Positions 43,127 to 56,195 of a stretch of DNA of 64,000 bases are shown here, piece after piece. Below the pieces are notes generated by a model that was given only the letters and a program-made list of their open reading frames with translations, ran no database searches and had not been told where the DNA came from. This stretch comes from the human T2T-CHM13v2.0 reference genome, Homo sapiens, in NCBI RefSeq assembly GCF_009914755.1, contig NC_060940.1; one strand, written 5' to 3'. The position numbers were made by a program, and so were the translations under genes. Positions within the stretch are counted from its first letter, which is position 1, and each line of letters opens with the position of its first letter.

Positions 43127-44098
43127 GAAAAGGTTTTTCTTATCCTCACCAGAAAATAGATGCTTCAACAACATAGTCTGTTTTTACATAGTTTTTTATT
43201 CTTAGACTTTAGCATGGCCATAGCACAAACTTTTTGAAGACACAAGCACACACACACACACAAAAAACAGAAAAACTGTCTTTGAAAGAGATAGTTACAT
43301 TGAAGAAGAAGATCTTAAAGGGAGATAATGTGATTTTTAATTTAAGATGTAATGTGTACTGTACTTTATTTGAATAGACTATTTATTTAAAGAACAATAT
43401 TCCTTGGAAGTGATGAGTTCCATATCTCTGGGCAAAATAATCAAGTTAACACTTGTTGACAGTGCTGTAAAATAGATTGCAGTATTTCTTAATGTGTTAA
43501 AAATTTAATAGTCGTTCCATAAAAAGATGATGTTTGAGGTAAATACATGCAGCAAGTTATGCATTATCTTTTTGATAAGTAATACTTTTCAATTTTCTTA
43601 TCAGTCTACTTTAGTATAAAGGCAAATTAATTAATGAATTATTAATTGGTAAGCCTACATATGGGTAATTTTAGGATACATAAAAATTATTAGTGTACAC
43701 ATTTTGATTACAGTGTGTTACAATTCAAATTAAAAATATCAAAAGATGACTTTTGAAGAATCTTAAATCCTTCAGTGATTTTAAACTTAATCTTTTTTTT
43801 CATTCAAGGCTCAGCACCCTAGTCATTTTTCAAGTAGGATTCCAAAGTCAATGTGAATATTAAGCTTATTAGGTTACCTAGTTCAACACTTATTTTCTAA
43901 ACTCTTATGTTTGAATGGCTAATACCCACGTTAAGGAAATTTATCTTGAAACCTTGTAGGATCAATTTATATTTAGAAGAACAAACAAACAATTCTTGTT
44001 CCATGATTTTCCTGTTGTCTAGTTTTTTTTGTGACCTACCTAGGAATACAAATGCTCTTCAAGTTGGCTGCATGGTTATGAAAATGCATGCAACAGTC

Positions 44099-44106
44099 TG
44101 TGTGCA

Positions 44107-44137
<31 letters not shown>
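44099..44137. repeat. (TG)n microsatellite
   Basis: Seen directly. Confidence 0.95.
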
Positions 44138-44169
44138 ACATATCTAAAGTGAGAAACAGTCTTATGGCA

Positions 44170-44343
44170 GTTGTCATAGCAACATGACATTGTTTCCCAA
44201 GGAACAAAGTAAATAATCACTTTTCACATGAAACCCACAATTGTCTTGACACTGTGACATTTCCCCCTAAAGCAAGCCCTTAAATCAATAAAAGGTTTCA
44301 GTACCAAGGAAGGGAGCTTCATGATTTATGCAGTTTGACGTAA
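44170..44343. promoter_or_regulatory. Candidate enhancer (RFX X-box pair, ONECUT-like, PBX-HOX and CRE-like motifs)
   Basis: Motif matches only; no functional data. Confidence 0.3.
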
Positions 44344-46764
44344 AATCCACACCAAAGCACTTGAATACTTCCAAAGAAGAGACTTCTCTGGTCAGTTATG
44401 CCTCCACTGCTTAAATTCTGAAGAGACGCTTTCAATAGATGAGGCCAAAAAGGTCACACTCATTCATTCATTCCTTCTTAGATATTTTCAGGCGTCCTTA
44501 TATGGATATTTTGGCCAGTGCTACAGAAGTACCCATATAACTGCACTATGAAATGGGTCTTGGATGGTGTCATCCATGTAAAACCGAAGAAAGCTTTAGG
44601 GTTCAAGGTGCTGTTGAGATCTCAAAGGGATCTCAGACATCATCTATACTAGTGTTTCTCATAGTTGTTCTATTCTCACCTTCAGATTTTTATATATGCT
44701 TTTAATCCTATAAACCATAGTTTACATAATTTTTAAGACTTTTTAAATTTTGGTGCAGATTATTTATCTCAATATCTAGTTCATGAGAGGTGCCATTCAA
44801 ATGGTAGTTATAATTATTTTTAATACTTTTTCTTTTCTCCTTTGAATCACAAGCCAGTTAAACTATCAAAACATTGAGATGGGGAAAACAATAGCATCAA
44901 ATCTAAACAAAAAAGATGGAAAGCATCCCTTTTCCTGAATCCTACATGAAGCAGTCCAGAGCATCGTTTTCCTCATTACTATGATGTGCATTTAACATAA
45001 TTCTTACACGTTTTTCCTAGAATGTTTAAACAGTTTAGAAAACACCATCATTTCTTTTTCCTAAGTACTTTGTTAATGAGTTAATAGAACAATATGTGTG
45101 ATGTGTGTACTAATCTGACAGTTATTTGAACTTTGTTGCCCGCCCCTTCATTTTCTTTTTTTTTTTCCAAAGACTGATTGCTATTTAGGCACTCTGAAGT
45201 ATTTTCTAGGGAGTTTAACTAGCCGTTGTAAATTAAACTATGAGGCCATGTCCTCTTAATTGAAGCAGAAGTGCAAATAATTGACCTTACACTTAAATAT
45301 TTCACTTTTAAGTAACAGTGTCCCATTCTGGCAACACAGACAAAAATAGCCTTTTGTCAGTATACAGTTTGCTTACTAAAAGCTCAGTAAAGACTTATGA
45401 GAAGAGGATATATTATATAAACATATGCCACATTGAAGTTACTCATATTTATATTCCTTTTATGAAGCATCACAATCTCTGGTTCCTTAATGATATCGTT
45501 GAATAACATTAGGACGTTAATCAACTTATTCATTTCTCTTTTCTGATAATAATCATTGGTGATCATTCTTTAAATTATGTTTTATAGTCATTTGCCCTAG
45601 CAAAAAAAAACAAAATTTTGATGAAAGCATGTTTTACGTCTATGGGCAGAGAACTTTTCAATTTCAATTAAAAATGATATTAAAAAGTGTAAATGCTATA
45701 GTAATTTATATATTTTGGCTATTCAGAATGATTCCATTGGTGGCTCTGAAACTCTGTTTAAATAGCATCCTTGAGCTTATAATGTGTTTACTAAACAATT
45801 GAACTGATAGTTTTTTATAAAACTGTTGTCAATTTTAGTTGGTTATTTTAGTTTCTGTTCAACATGAATATTTTCTAAACTCCATATTCTAGACCATTTT
45901 TAATGTTTTTCCTCTCTCTCTTTCTTTTTAATTAACTCAACCACTGCAACCCAAAATATGACTCATAGACCAGTTGCTTCTCCATAAATATTTGGTTACC
46001 AGAATCAATGAAATAAGTATAAAACTTGTGAGTAAGAATTCAGAAACTTTTACAGCAATATGACATTGCTGTTCCATCTAGGTAAGTGTCAATAGGGTTG
46101 CATTCAGCAGAGTCTATTGCAGTTTGGTTTTGTGGGACACACATTGCAAGCTGAATATTAGTTATGACACTTGGATCATGTACTATCCATGGCATGTTGG
46201 AAAAGGGAAAAACTTGTTATTTTTCACAGATAACTGAAGAAGCATTGGCATAATATACCTATTAAGTATTTACAGAGACGGAATCAGAAATGTTTGCATT
46301 CTAGATTCATCTCTGCTCTTTCTCTTTTGAGCCCATGAGCAACGTACTTAATTTTTTTGACGTTATCTCTCTTATTTCTAAACTTGAGATTTAAACTTCC
46401 ACTGCAAAAATATAAGAAAACTCAGATTCTCATTAGACTTTCTTCCCTTTTCTGTATGCATGTTTAATGAAATTATTTTAGTTAAAGTGAGTATAGTTTT
46501 GTATTTAGTCTTTTCCACTTGAGGTCACACTTAAATATGTGTCAAGCATTTGTTATGATCTTTATAAATGTGCTTTTCAATTAACAATACAATTTTCAAG
46601 TAATATTCCATTATGTTCTTGTGTAATTTGTTTAACCAATTAACTTTTAGAGACTTTGGTATGTACAGTTTCCAGCATTAAAATAACCAAATGTTCATGC
46701 ACATAGTTTTCTGTAGTCGGGGTGTTTTTTTTCTGTTTAAAAATTTTAAACTTACATATAAATC

Positions 46765-49700
46765 ACATGTGGTGATGTAATATTCATACCATAAAATTCA
46801 CACTTTTAAAGCAGCTATTCAAAGTTTTTATTCTATACTCAAAAAATTATCCAATCATCACTATTACCTATTTCCATAACAGTTTTATCACCCCAGAAAG
46901 ATTATGTTTTCAGTTTCCTTAGGCATATACCTAGGAGTGGTATATCTGGGTCACATGATAAATCTCTGTTTAACATTTTGAGCAATTAGCAAACTGTTCT
47001 CCAAAGTAGTTGCATTATTTTATATTCCTACCAGCAATGTATGAGGGTTCCATATTCTCCACACCTTAGTCAAGATTTATTGACCTTTTTTTTTCATTTA
47101 GCTATACTAGTGAGTGTGAAGTGATGGATTATTTTGATTTGCATTTCCCAAATTACTAATGATGGGCATCATGTGTTTATTAGCCATTTTATGTCTTCTT
47201 TGTAAAGTTGCTTACTCAGATCCTTTTCCCAATTGTAATTAGTTTTTCCTTTTACTGTTATGTTGTAATGGTTCTTTATATATTTTGAATACTATACCTT
47301 TATGGGAATATTGTTTATAAATATTTTTCCCATTCCGTGAGTTGGTTTTTACTTTCTTGATAGTGCCTTTCGAAGCACAAAAGTTTTTAATTATGATGAA
47401 ATCAAATGTTGTTTTATCTGAGAGGGTTTTGTCAAGCCAAGATCATGAAGATCCACTCCTAGGTTTTTTTTTTTAAGGGTATTACAGTTTCAGCTCTTGC
47501 ATTTAGTCCTATCTTTCAGTTTTAATTAATTACGGTAGAGTGTCAGTAAGAGGTCCAATTTCATTTTTTTTTTTTTGGCATGTGAATATTCAACTGCACC
47601 AGCACCACTGGTTATAAGGACATTTCTTTCCCCATTGAACAGTCTTGGCACGGTTGTCTAAAATCAACTGGCCACAGAGGTGTTGGTTTATTTCAGGACT
47701 CCCAATTCTACTCCATTCATCTATGGTTATATCCATGTGGTCAGTACTATACTGTCTTGATTACTGTAGCTTTGCAGTAAATTTCAGTATTGGAAAGTAC
47801 AAGTCCTCCAACTTTATTAGTTTTTAGATTTCATCTATTCTGTGTCCCTTGCATTTCCAGGTGAATTTGAGGATCAGCTTATTAATTTCTGTGAAAGGAC
47901 GGCTAGAATTTTGATAAAGATTATGTTGAATTTGTAGATAAATCTGGATAGTATTGTTATCCTAACTGTATTATCTTCCAATTCATGAACATGATGTCTT
48001 CCATTTATTTATGTCTCTAGTTTTTTTCAACAGCATTTTATAGTTTCAGTTCTTGAACTTATTTTGTAAAATTAATATCCTATGTATGTTATTACTTTTG
48101 ATGCTAGGGTAAAGAAATTGTTTTCTTAATTTTATTTTCAGATGGGTTCATTGCTGATACATAAAATCTATTTAAGTTTTTATATTGATCTTGTATTCTT
48201 CAACCTCACTAAATTTGTTTATTAATTCCAATAATTTGTGTTTGTGCGTGTGTATATTCCTTAGAGTTTTAGACATACAAGATCACGTTATCTGTAAATG
48301 AGGGTAGTCTTACTTCTTTCTTTTTTTTCCAGTATGGAAATTGGTTATTTATTTATTTATCTGTCTTTTTGCCTTAACTAAATTCTCAGTACAATGTTAA
48401 ATAGAGGTGTGGAAGCAAATACCTTTGCTTTGTTCTGACTCAGGGGAAAGCTTTATGTCTTTCACCATTAGTTATGATGTTATTAGCTATGGGTGTTTTA
48501 AATATGTGCTTTATCAGGTTGAGAAAACTGACCACTATTTGTAGTTTGTTGACTTTTTTTTTTTAATCATGAAAACGTATTGGATTTTTAAGTACGTTTT
48601 CTGCAGTTAGTGAGGTATCTATGTGTTTTTCTTTTGGTCCTTTATTCCATTAATACTGTGAATCACATTGATTTATATTCATATATTGAATGTATTTTCT
48701 TGTGCATTCCAAAAATAAATCCCGCTTAGCCATAGGTATAATGGTGTTATGTTGCTGAATTTGGTGTGAGTATTTCGCTGATGAGTTTTGCATCAATACG
48801 TGTAAAGGATATTGCTCTGGAGTTTTCTTGAGATATCTTTGTCTGGTTTTGGTATTAGCTTAATATTTTCCATTTTCTTCCACTTTATAGAAAAGTTTGT
48901 AAAGAAATGGTTTTAGTTCTTTTATACATGTCTGATAGAATTCGCAAGAGAAACCATCTGAGTCTGTTTTACTTTGTGAAAAGTTTCGATATCCTTACAT
49001 ATTATAGGTTTATTATAGGTTTATTCAAATTTAAAAAACAAGTATTTCTTGACTCAGCAGCTGTGTCTCTAGAAATTTTTCATTTCACCTAGGTTATCAA
49101 ATTTGTTGGCTTATAATTATTCACAATATTCTCTTATAATTTCTTTTATAGTCCTCCAGTGATAATGTCTCCTGTTATTCCTGACCTTAGTAATCTGAGA
49201 TCTCTCTTTTGCCTTTCCACTGCCCCTCCTCCTTTTTCTTTGTTTTTCTTTGTTGTTGTTGTTGTTGTTGTTTTGGGGGGTGCAATCTAGCTAGAGATTT
49301 ATCCATTTTTTTTTTCTTCAGTGTACAAACTTTTAGGCTTTTTAAATTGTCTCTGTTGTTCTTCTATTTTTTATTTTATTTATATCCACTCTAATATCTA
49401 TGGTTTCCTTTCTTTTTATTGTTTTGGATTTAGTTTACTTTTCTTTTTCCATCTTCACTGAAATGTTAGGTTATTGACTACAGATCTTTTATTTTTATTC
49501 TTTTGTAATATAAGTGCTTAGAGCTATGCATTTTCCTCTAAGCACTTCTTTGGCTGTATCCCACAAATTTTGGTATATTGCATTTTTATTTTCATTCCTC
49601 TCACAGTATTTTCTAATTTCCTTTGTGATTTCTTCTTCAATCTATTTATTATTTAGGAGTGTGTGTTTCATTTCCACGTTTGTGAATTTCCTAAATTGTC

Positions 49701-50050
49701 TTCTGTTATTAATTTCTAGTTCATGTGTGTATGTGTGTTCAGAGAACATATTTTATATAATTTCAATCATTTTAAATTTATTGAGACTTATTTTGTAGCC
49801 TAGCAGATGGTCTGTCTGGAGGGTGCTCCATGTGAACTCAGAATAATGTATATTCTATTGTTGTTGACTGGAGTGTCTTATAGAGGCCTTTTGATCTAGT
49901 TGGTTTCTAGTGTTAATCAAATCTTCTATTTCTTTGTTCTATTTATTATTGAAAGTAGGAAACTGAAATCTCTACTATTAGTATTAAATTATTTTTCCCT
50001 TCAGTTACGTCAGTTTTGCTACATGCATTTTGGGACTCTGTTTTAGGTGT
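46765..50050 (-). mobile_element. L1M (L1MB-like) LINE, about 3.3 kb, degenerate
   Basis: Antisense L1 3' UTR, then ORF2 text (ATATACCTAGGAGTGG, CCTACCAGCAATGTATGAGGGTTCC, TTGATTTGCATTTCCC, GATTACTGTAGCTTTG). Confidence 0.9.
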
Positions 50051-50659
50051 GATTTTCATTAGAATTTAATAACAGGAAAATGTACTTTATTGTGGATACA
50101 GTCACCAAAGTCCCAATGGTAATGAATGATTACCTAGGAGCTAAGTTAAATTTTCCTCATCCAGAGCTCAAAGAAGAGTATCTGGGGTTTCATCATGGAG
50201 GCATATTCTCTTTTTGAAAATATGCAAATAATTCAAAAGACTTCCTCCGTTCTCTCTTCCTTCTGTATTTTCCCACCTGTATTCTCTGCTACTTTTTTTC
50301 CTCAACAAACCTTAAATTACTCTTTCTAGAAGTTTTTAAATTAGTAATTGAGGCTAAATTCTTTATCTTTATATATATTACCTTCCTCTAAATTTTAAGT
50401 TCTTGCTGTAACAGATGTTTCCCTTATTCTAGCTTTATAATTCAGCACTATTTATTCACAATTTCCTGATCAAAGCTGAATTATATAACCATGGCTTTAT
50501 AAGACCGTCAATGAACTCAGCTTTGCCTATGAACATAATTCTACTTTCTTAATTTTATTCTTACCTCCAACCATTTTAGGCTTCTACCAAGGTATTTACT
50601 ACCTCTGCTCACCTATATGTTGGAATGTTCTGCATTGTCCCTTGAAGATTCACATTCAC

Positions 50660-50930
50660 ACTTTTGGAGTCAGGACAGTGATGTAATCTCACCTTCTGGA
50701 AAACTGACTCTACCACTTATTAGCTGCTCATATTAGCTTATTAGATAATAATAAGTTTATTAGCTTATTATTATCTATTAGTTACCTTGAATAACTTGAT
50801 TTCTCTAAGCCTCAGTCTCTTTATTTGTGTTGGTAAATTTACTTATATAGGATTGTTATGATAATAACAACTCTAAATTCATTAATCCTTTTGGTAAAGT
50901 TCGTGGAAATACTAGCTGCTCAAAAATACT
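50660..50930 (+). mobile_element. MIR SINE with internal hairpin insertion
   Basis: ACTCTACCACTTATTAGCTG..TTTCTCTAAGCCTCAGTCTC..ATAGGATTGTTATGA. Confidence 0.6.
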
Positions 50931-52154
50931 GGTTTTAAAAGAATATTGTAATAATTGTATTTATTATTTTAACATTTTTCAGAAATTACTCTATGATGAG
51001 CCTTCCACCCTAAGTCCCAGAATTATTGCTTCTTTATTAAATTTTGCCTCTATCCCCATACTTACACATTAAAAAATTTTAAATTTATAATATTACGTGA
51101 AAAACATCCCCCTGTGGACTGTGAACTTCATACGAGTACAGCTTATGTAAAATTCATCCTTGAACCATCAGTACAAATATCTGCATAAGTTGGTGATTTT
51201 CTTTTTTTTTATAATTAAGCAGATTCTATACTAAAAGGAGTGAAAGTAGGCATCAAGCTGTTCTCATCCTACATACCTTCCTATAAATACATTTGAGTTC
51301 TTTCATAGAGGATGTGTTTATCCCAATTTTACCACGTTGATCTTGGAAATGAAAAAAATGTTCTTTCCCTAAACCTTGACTAAGTATGTTTCAGCTCTAT
51401 TCTTGAGTTCAGGCAAGTGTGAGATAAGTGACCCTTTTTTATTGAGAGGATAGATACTATGTCATTCTAGCTTTCTTGAGTCAGAATGGAAAACCACGAT
51501 CAGGTCAGAATATTTATATGGGTTTAGTTGGATAGAGACTAAACATCAGGTCTATGCACTTGTCAGGTTCAAACTGTTTCCTGAAAGTCAGGTTAAAAAA
51601 ATAGTACTGAATTAGAAGGTCAAATTGACTGGTATCTAGGGAACCAAAAATTGATTTATTTTACAAAAGAGGCATTTTCTTTCATTTGCTGAAAGCATTT
51701 GTTGTATGATATCTAGGGATATGTGTTTAAGAAAGAAATGAAGATCTAAGTTTGACAATGCTTTTTAAAAATGGTGTTTGATGTGTTTACTGAGATAATG
51801 GAAAAATACAGTAATTGGTTCTGATGAGTGTTGCCATTCTACTATTTACTTTTAAAATATTTATTTTTAAATGTGTTTACCGTGCTTAACAAATGTTTGG
51901 TTTTGATGATGATTTCCTGATAAAATAATATTTATTGACTGTACCTATTCCGGAGAGATTCACAGATTCAGTGAAGAAGTGTGGTTTCCAAAAATGCTGT
52001 TTTTTCACTAGCAACTCTTCTTTCTGTTATATTAATTTAAAATATTTTATTTCCACAGTTTATGTCTTATTTAACAGAAAATTACACACTATAAAATGTA
52101 TGTGGTTGTCATTGCTGCTATTTACAAATATTCTAGTTCTTTTCCTTTTTTAGG

Positions 52155-53280
52155 TACATCGTGGGAATGTATTTACTCATCTTTTTGATGTTAAACATGA
52201 CCATGTGACTTACTCTGATGAGTGAAATGTGAGCTAAAACAATGTTTGTTGCTTATGAATGGATATATCAAGATTCTATGGTATTTGGCCAGGTGTGGTG
52301 CCACAAGCCTGTAATCCCAGCACTTTGGGAGGCGAAGGTGGGTGGATCACTAGAGGTCAGGAGGTCAAGATCAGCCTGGCCAAGATGGTGAAACCTCGTC
52401 TCTACTAAAAATACAAAAATTAGCCAGGCATGGTAGTGGTTGCCTGTAATCCCAGCTATTCCGAACGCTGAGGCAGGAGAATCACTTGATCCCGGGAGGC
52501 AGAGGTTGCAGTGATCAAGATCATGCTACTACACTCCAGCCTGGGGGATAGAGCGAGACTCCATGTTAAAAAAGAAGAAAGAAAAGAAAAACAACAACAA
52601 CAAAAACGAAAAGAGTCAATGGCATGAACTACTATATGCCTTTCCTTTTGTGTGTGGTTTAAAACAAGCCACATTTATAATTTCCCAGTTTCTATGAGTC
52701 AAGAGTCTAAGCATGGCTTAACTGAACCCTCTAGTTAGGGTCTCAATCATCTTGAACCAAGGTGTCAGCCAGGCTGAATTGTCATCTGGAGGCTTAAGTG
52801 AGGAATAATCCATTTCCAAGCTCATACAGGTTTTTGGCAAAACTCATCTTCCTTGTAGCTGTAGAACTAAATGTCCAAGCTTCTTGAGGGCTATTGGGTA
52901 GGGGACATTGTCAGACCCTAGAGGCTGCCAGCAGTTCCTCTCAGATAGGCTCTCCCAATATGGACACTTCTTTCATCAAGCCAGCAAATAGAGCTTCTAG
53001 AAAGCAAATCTGTTAGCAAAGTGGAGTTTCTTGATTGGTAATATAACATCACACTCTGAGTGACATACTGTGCCCTTTGCCACATTCAGTTGGTTAGTTG
53101 AAAATCACAGGTCTCACCTACTCAAGGGGAGTAAATCACTGATGACGGTGCACTACTGTAGAGAGTGTACATCCATCCACCACACATGAGCAATGCCCAC
53201 CTATCCAAATCTCTGCTAGATTTGGAACCTGAGTGAGAAAGAAAGTTTTATTACATTAAACTGGAGATTACTTAAAAGTT
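52155..53280. mobile_element. MLT1 MaLR LTR fragments (an MLT1F-like element on the minus strand at about 52665-53185, within an older plus-strand MLT1)
   Basis: CATGACCATGTGACTTACTCTG..GAAATGTGAGC; CAAGGTGTCAGCCAGGCTG..TTCCAAGCTCA..TTCATCAAGCCAGCA. Confidence 0.6.
52287..52610 (+). mobile_element. AluSx/Sz
   Basis: Full Alu with mixed A-rich tail; degenerate TSD. Confidence 0.93.
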
Positions 53281-53343
53281 TTGGGAAGTCACCCTCATGG
53301 CTTCTCAAAAACTTCCTACAGACTGACATAAAAAACAGGGCCT

Positions 53344-53673
53344 GGCTGGTCACAGTGGCTCATGACTGTAATCACAACACTTTGGGAGGCCGATGTGGGT
53401 GGATCAGTTGAGCTCAGGGGTTCAAAACCAGCCTGGGCAACATGGTGAGACCTCATCTCTACAGAAATAAAAAACAATAGTGGGAAGTGGGGGAGTGCAC
53501 CTGTAGTCCCAAATACTTGGAGGGCTGAGGCAGGAGGTTGAGCTGCAGTGAGCCAAGATCGTGCCACTGTATTCCAGCCTGGGTTACAAAGTGAGATACC
53601 CTGTCTGAAAAAAATAATGACAGAAAGAAAAGAAAAGATAAGAGAAAGTAAAAAAGAAAAGAAAAGGAGAAAA
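53344..53673 (+). mobile_element. AluJ with right-arm deletion and GA-rich tail
   Basis: TTGAGCTCAGG, CCTGGGCAACATGGTGAGACC J-type features. Confidence 0.9.
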
Positions 53674-53869
53674 TGACAGAAACCAAGGACCTAGTTGTGG
53701 AAGGACTTTGCTATGAATATCCCTTTTCCCACCTCTACTTCTGCCTACATCCATCACCTTTAACACATACATTCCTTGCAATGAATTCTTTCAGTTCTCT
53801 CTCCCTCCTGGCTTTTCCTCAGACAGAGATCAACATATGCACTCTTATGTTCTTAAAGATTCCTTGAAA

Positions 53870-54100
53870 TACACCAATCCTCCTTCAGACTCCCTAGAAT
53901 AGCTTCTCTAACCACCTTCCTCACAACTAAGTTTCATGCCCGCCTTCTAATGTCCTCTGTGATAATGCATTATAATTGCCATTTATTGCTTTATTTTCTT
54001 TCCCACTAGACTGGAAGCTCATTGTGCACAGGGACCTTATGATGTTCAGAGGCGAGGGCAAGTCCTGGTATATGAGTCACTCTATAAATTTTATTAAAAC
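53870..54100 (+). mobile_element. L2 3' end
   Basis: CCCACTAGACTGGAAGCTC..CAGGGACC..CCTGGTATATGAG. Confidence 0.5.
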
Positions 54101-55989
54101 AATGGAAGTTGTTAATAGTAGCATAAAAATTCAGTTAGTTCACTGAATTGGTCAGCCATTTGGCTTTATTGACTCTTTTTGCTCTGATGCCTGTTGAACA
54201 AGAAATGGCGTGAGTTTCTAGCTAACAGAGTATGCAGTTGAATTTTTATTTTCTCTATGGATTTGTGCCAAGGAGCTCAGGAGAGAGCCACGGTTTCATA
54301 CAGCACAAATGAGTAGCTGAAAATGAACTTCAGCCCACGATAATAAGCTAACACATTGTTACACCATCAGAATTATTTCTTCAATCTTCTATGTTTATTG
54401 GTTTCTGTATATCACCACAATATTTTCTATTGAAGGAAACCTTCAGAATATTTAGCTAATAATGCCAAAGCCCCATGGCAGCATTTTTTAGTAGAACCTT
54501 AATTTCTAAGTTTAGTGTAAAAGAAGACTATCATATAGAAGAATAACTCCATTTGGAAGAATATAAAAAAAAAAAGAAAATCCTGTTACTTTGGTTCAAT
54601 AGGAACTACTGCAGGATTTTGGCAAGTAACTTTAAAAAGGTAAGGTTTTGGAGATTTTCCAAGATATTTTACTTATGCTTAAACCTTATTTCTAAAGAAA
54701 ATGTCTTCTTCAGACAAATAGCTTTTGAGACATAGACATATTATATTAAATAAGCCCAGTACAGCATTATCCTGTGTGGATGATAGTATATTTTATGTAA
54801 CTTTTCAGATTTAGTCTATTAGATAGATTACTTCTCTGTGTGACTTCCCAGAGTTCTTCATCTCAGAATATTAATATTAAAATAATGTATTTAACAGCAA
54901 CCCCAAAATGCATATAGAACTGTGTTTTATACCTTACAGTTATCTGACACATAATTGTATATAAAAAATAAAATTATATTAGTTGATGCTGGTAAGGCTT
55001 TCTAATTCCCTTATCACTAAAAGAAAAATCAGTGAAAAACTTTAACTAATTTTGGTCGAATGACTGAATTGCTTTGCCTTTTTCATCTTCTTGCAGCTTC
55101 CAAGTTTTCCTCATTTCCTTCTGCTGTCCTGAGCTGCTGGTATCTCTAGCTTGTTTACATTGGGATTCTGTATTCTTGTCAAGACTCATAAGAAGGAAAG
55201 GTCAGCCTTACCAGTGTTGCTCAAAATTCATGTTATCTTTAGTCTTTTAACCATATTATTCCTATAGAGGTTTTGCCTTACTTGATTATGTAGTTCTAAA
55301 ATAGCTGCTTATCATTCCATTTTGCAGAGAAAAATCTTTGTTTTTCATTTGCAGCATTCTTTACTTCTTACCCTACTATATTCTGAGTGCTTTTTTTGCT
55401 TCCCCTTTTTGCTCTGACAGAAGAGACATTTTAACCCTGCTCTTTTGGGCATTGACAATAGTTTCTTTGTTGACTTGGAAGCTTAATATTTTGGACAAAA
55501 ATATGGCAATGGTGTCACTTCCTGTGTAACACCATGCTATTTCCTGTATAACCATACCATTCTTGTGGGAATATCGTTAACTATTTCCTACCCACTGGAC
55601 TGTGACAGCTCATAAAAATTTTATTTAATCATTTTATACCCGGCACTGTATGAACTGCCCTTTTCCTAGCTTTTGTTAAGAAAGCTTGGTAGGGCATATC
55701 ATACACATATCCAATTAATTAAAATAAGGTCAAAGTATGTGTGTGCATAAACTCAACTGCCTACTTTAAAATTATTAGATATAATTTACTTACAATTCTT
55801 CAAACCTCCAAAGTAAATGCCAAGTTGACTTTTTGAATTTTTTTTTGCAGAATGGTAGCTTCCGCACCTCTTAGATGCATTTTAAAATACGGCAAATAAC
55901 TTTACTGTTAATTTTTTAAATTTTGATTTGCTTTCTACTCCTAGCTTAAACATTTAATAATACAGTGGAACAAGTAAGAAATATGCATA

Positions 55990-56195
55990 ATGCCATTTAT
56001 TGGGCTTTCCCTGTATTAAACATTGTACCTGACATTTTATGTACATTAACTTTATCTTCAAAAGGCTACAAGGTAGAAGTGATTTCCATTTTTTAGATGA
56101 AAAAGCTGATACTCAAAAAAGTTAAGTGACTTTTCCAGAGTATCAAATATCAAGTGACAAAACTGATTTAAACAATGGTAGCTAACTTCTAACCC
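55990..56195 (-). mobile_element. MIR SINE
   Basis: CCATTTTTTAGATGAAAAAGCTGATACTC..GTTAAGTGACTT. Confidence 0.65.

Noticed and set aside
55075-55206. Possible exon (polypyrimidine-CAG acceptor at about 55096, AAG|GTCAGC donor at 55200)
   Set aside because: Such signals are frequent by chance, and there is no linked exon or coding evidence.
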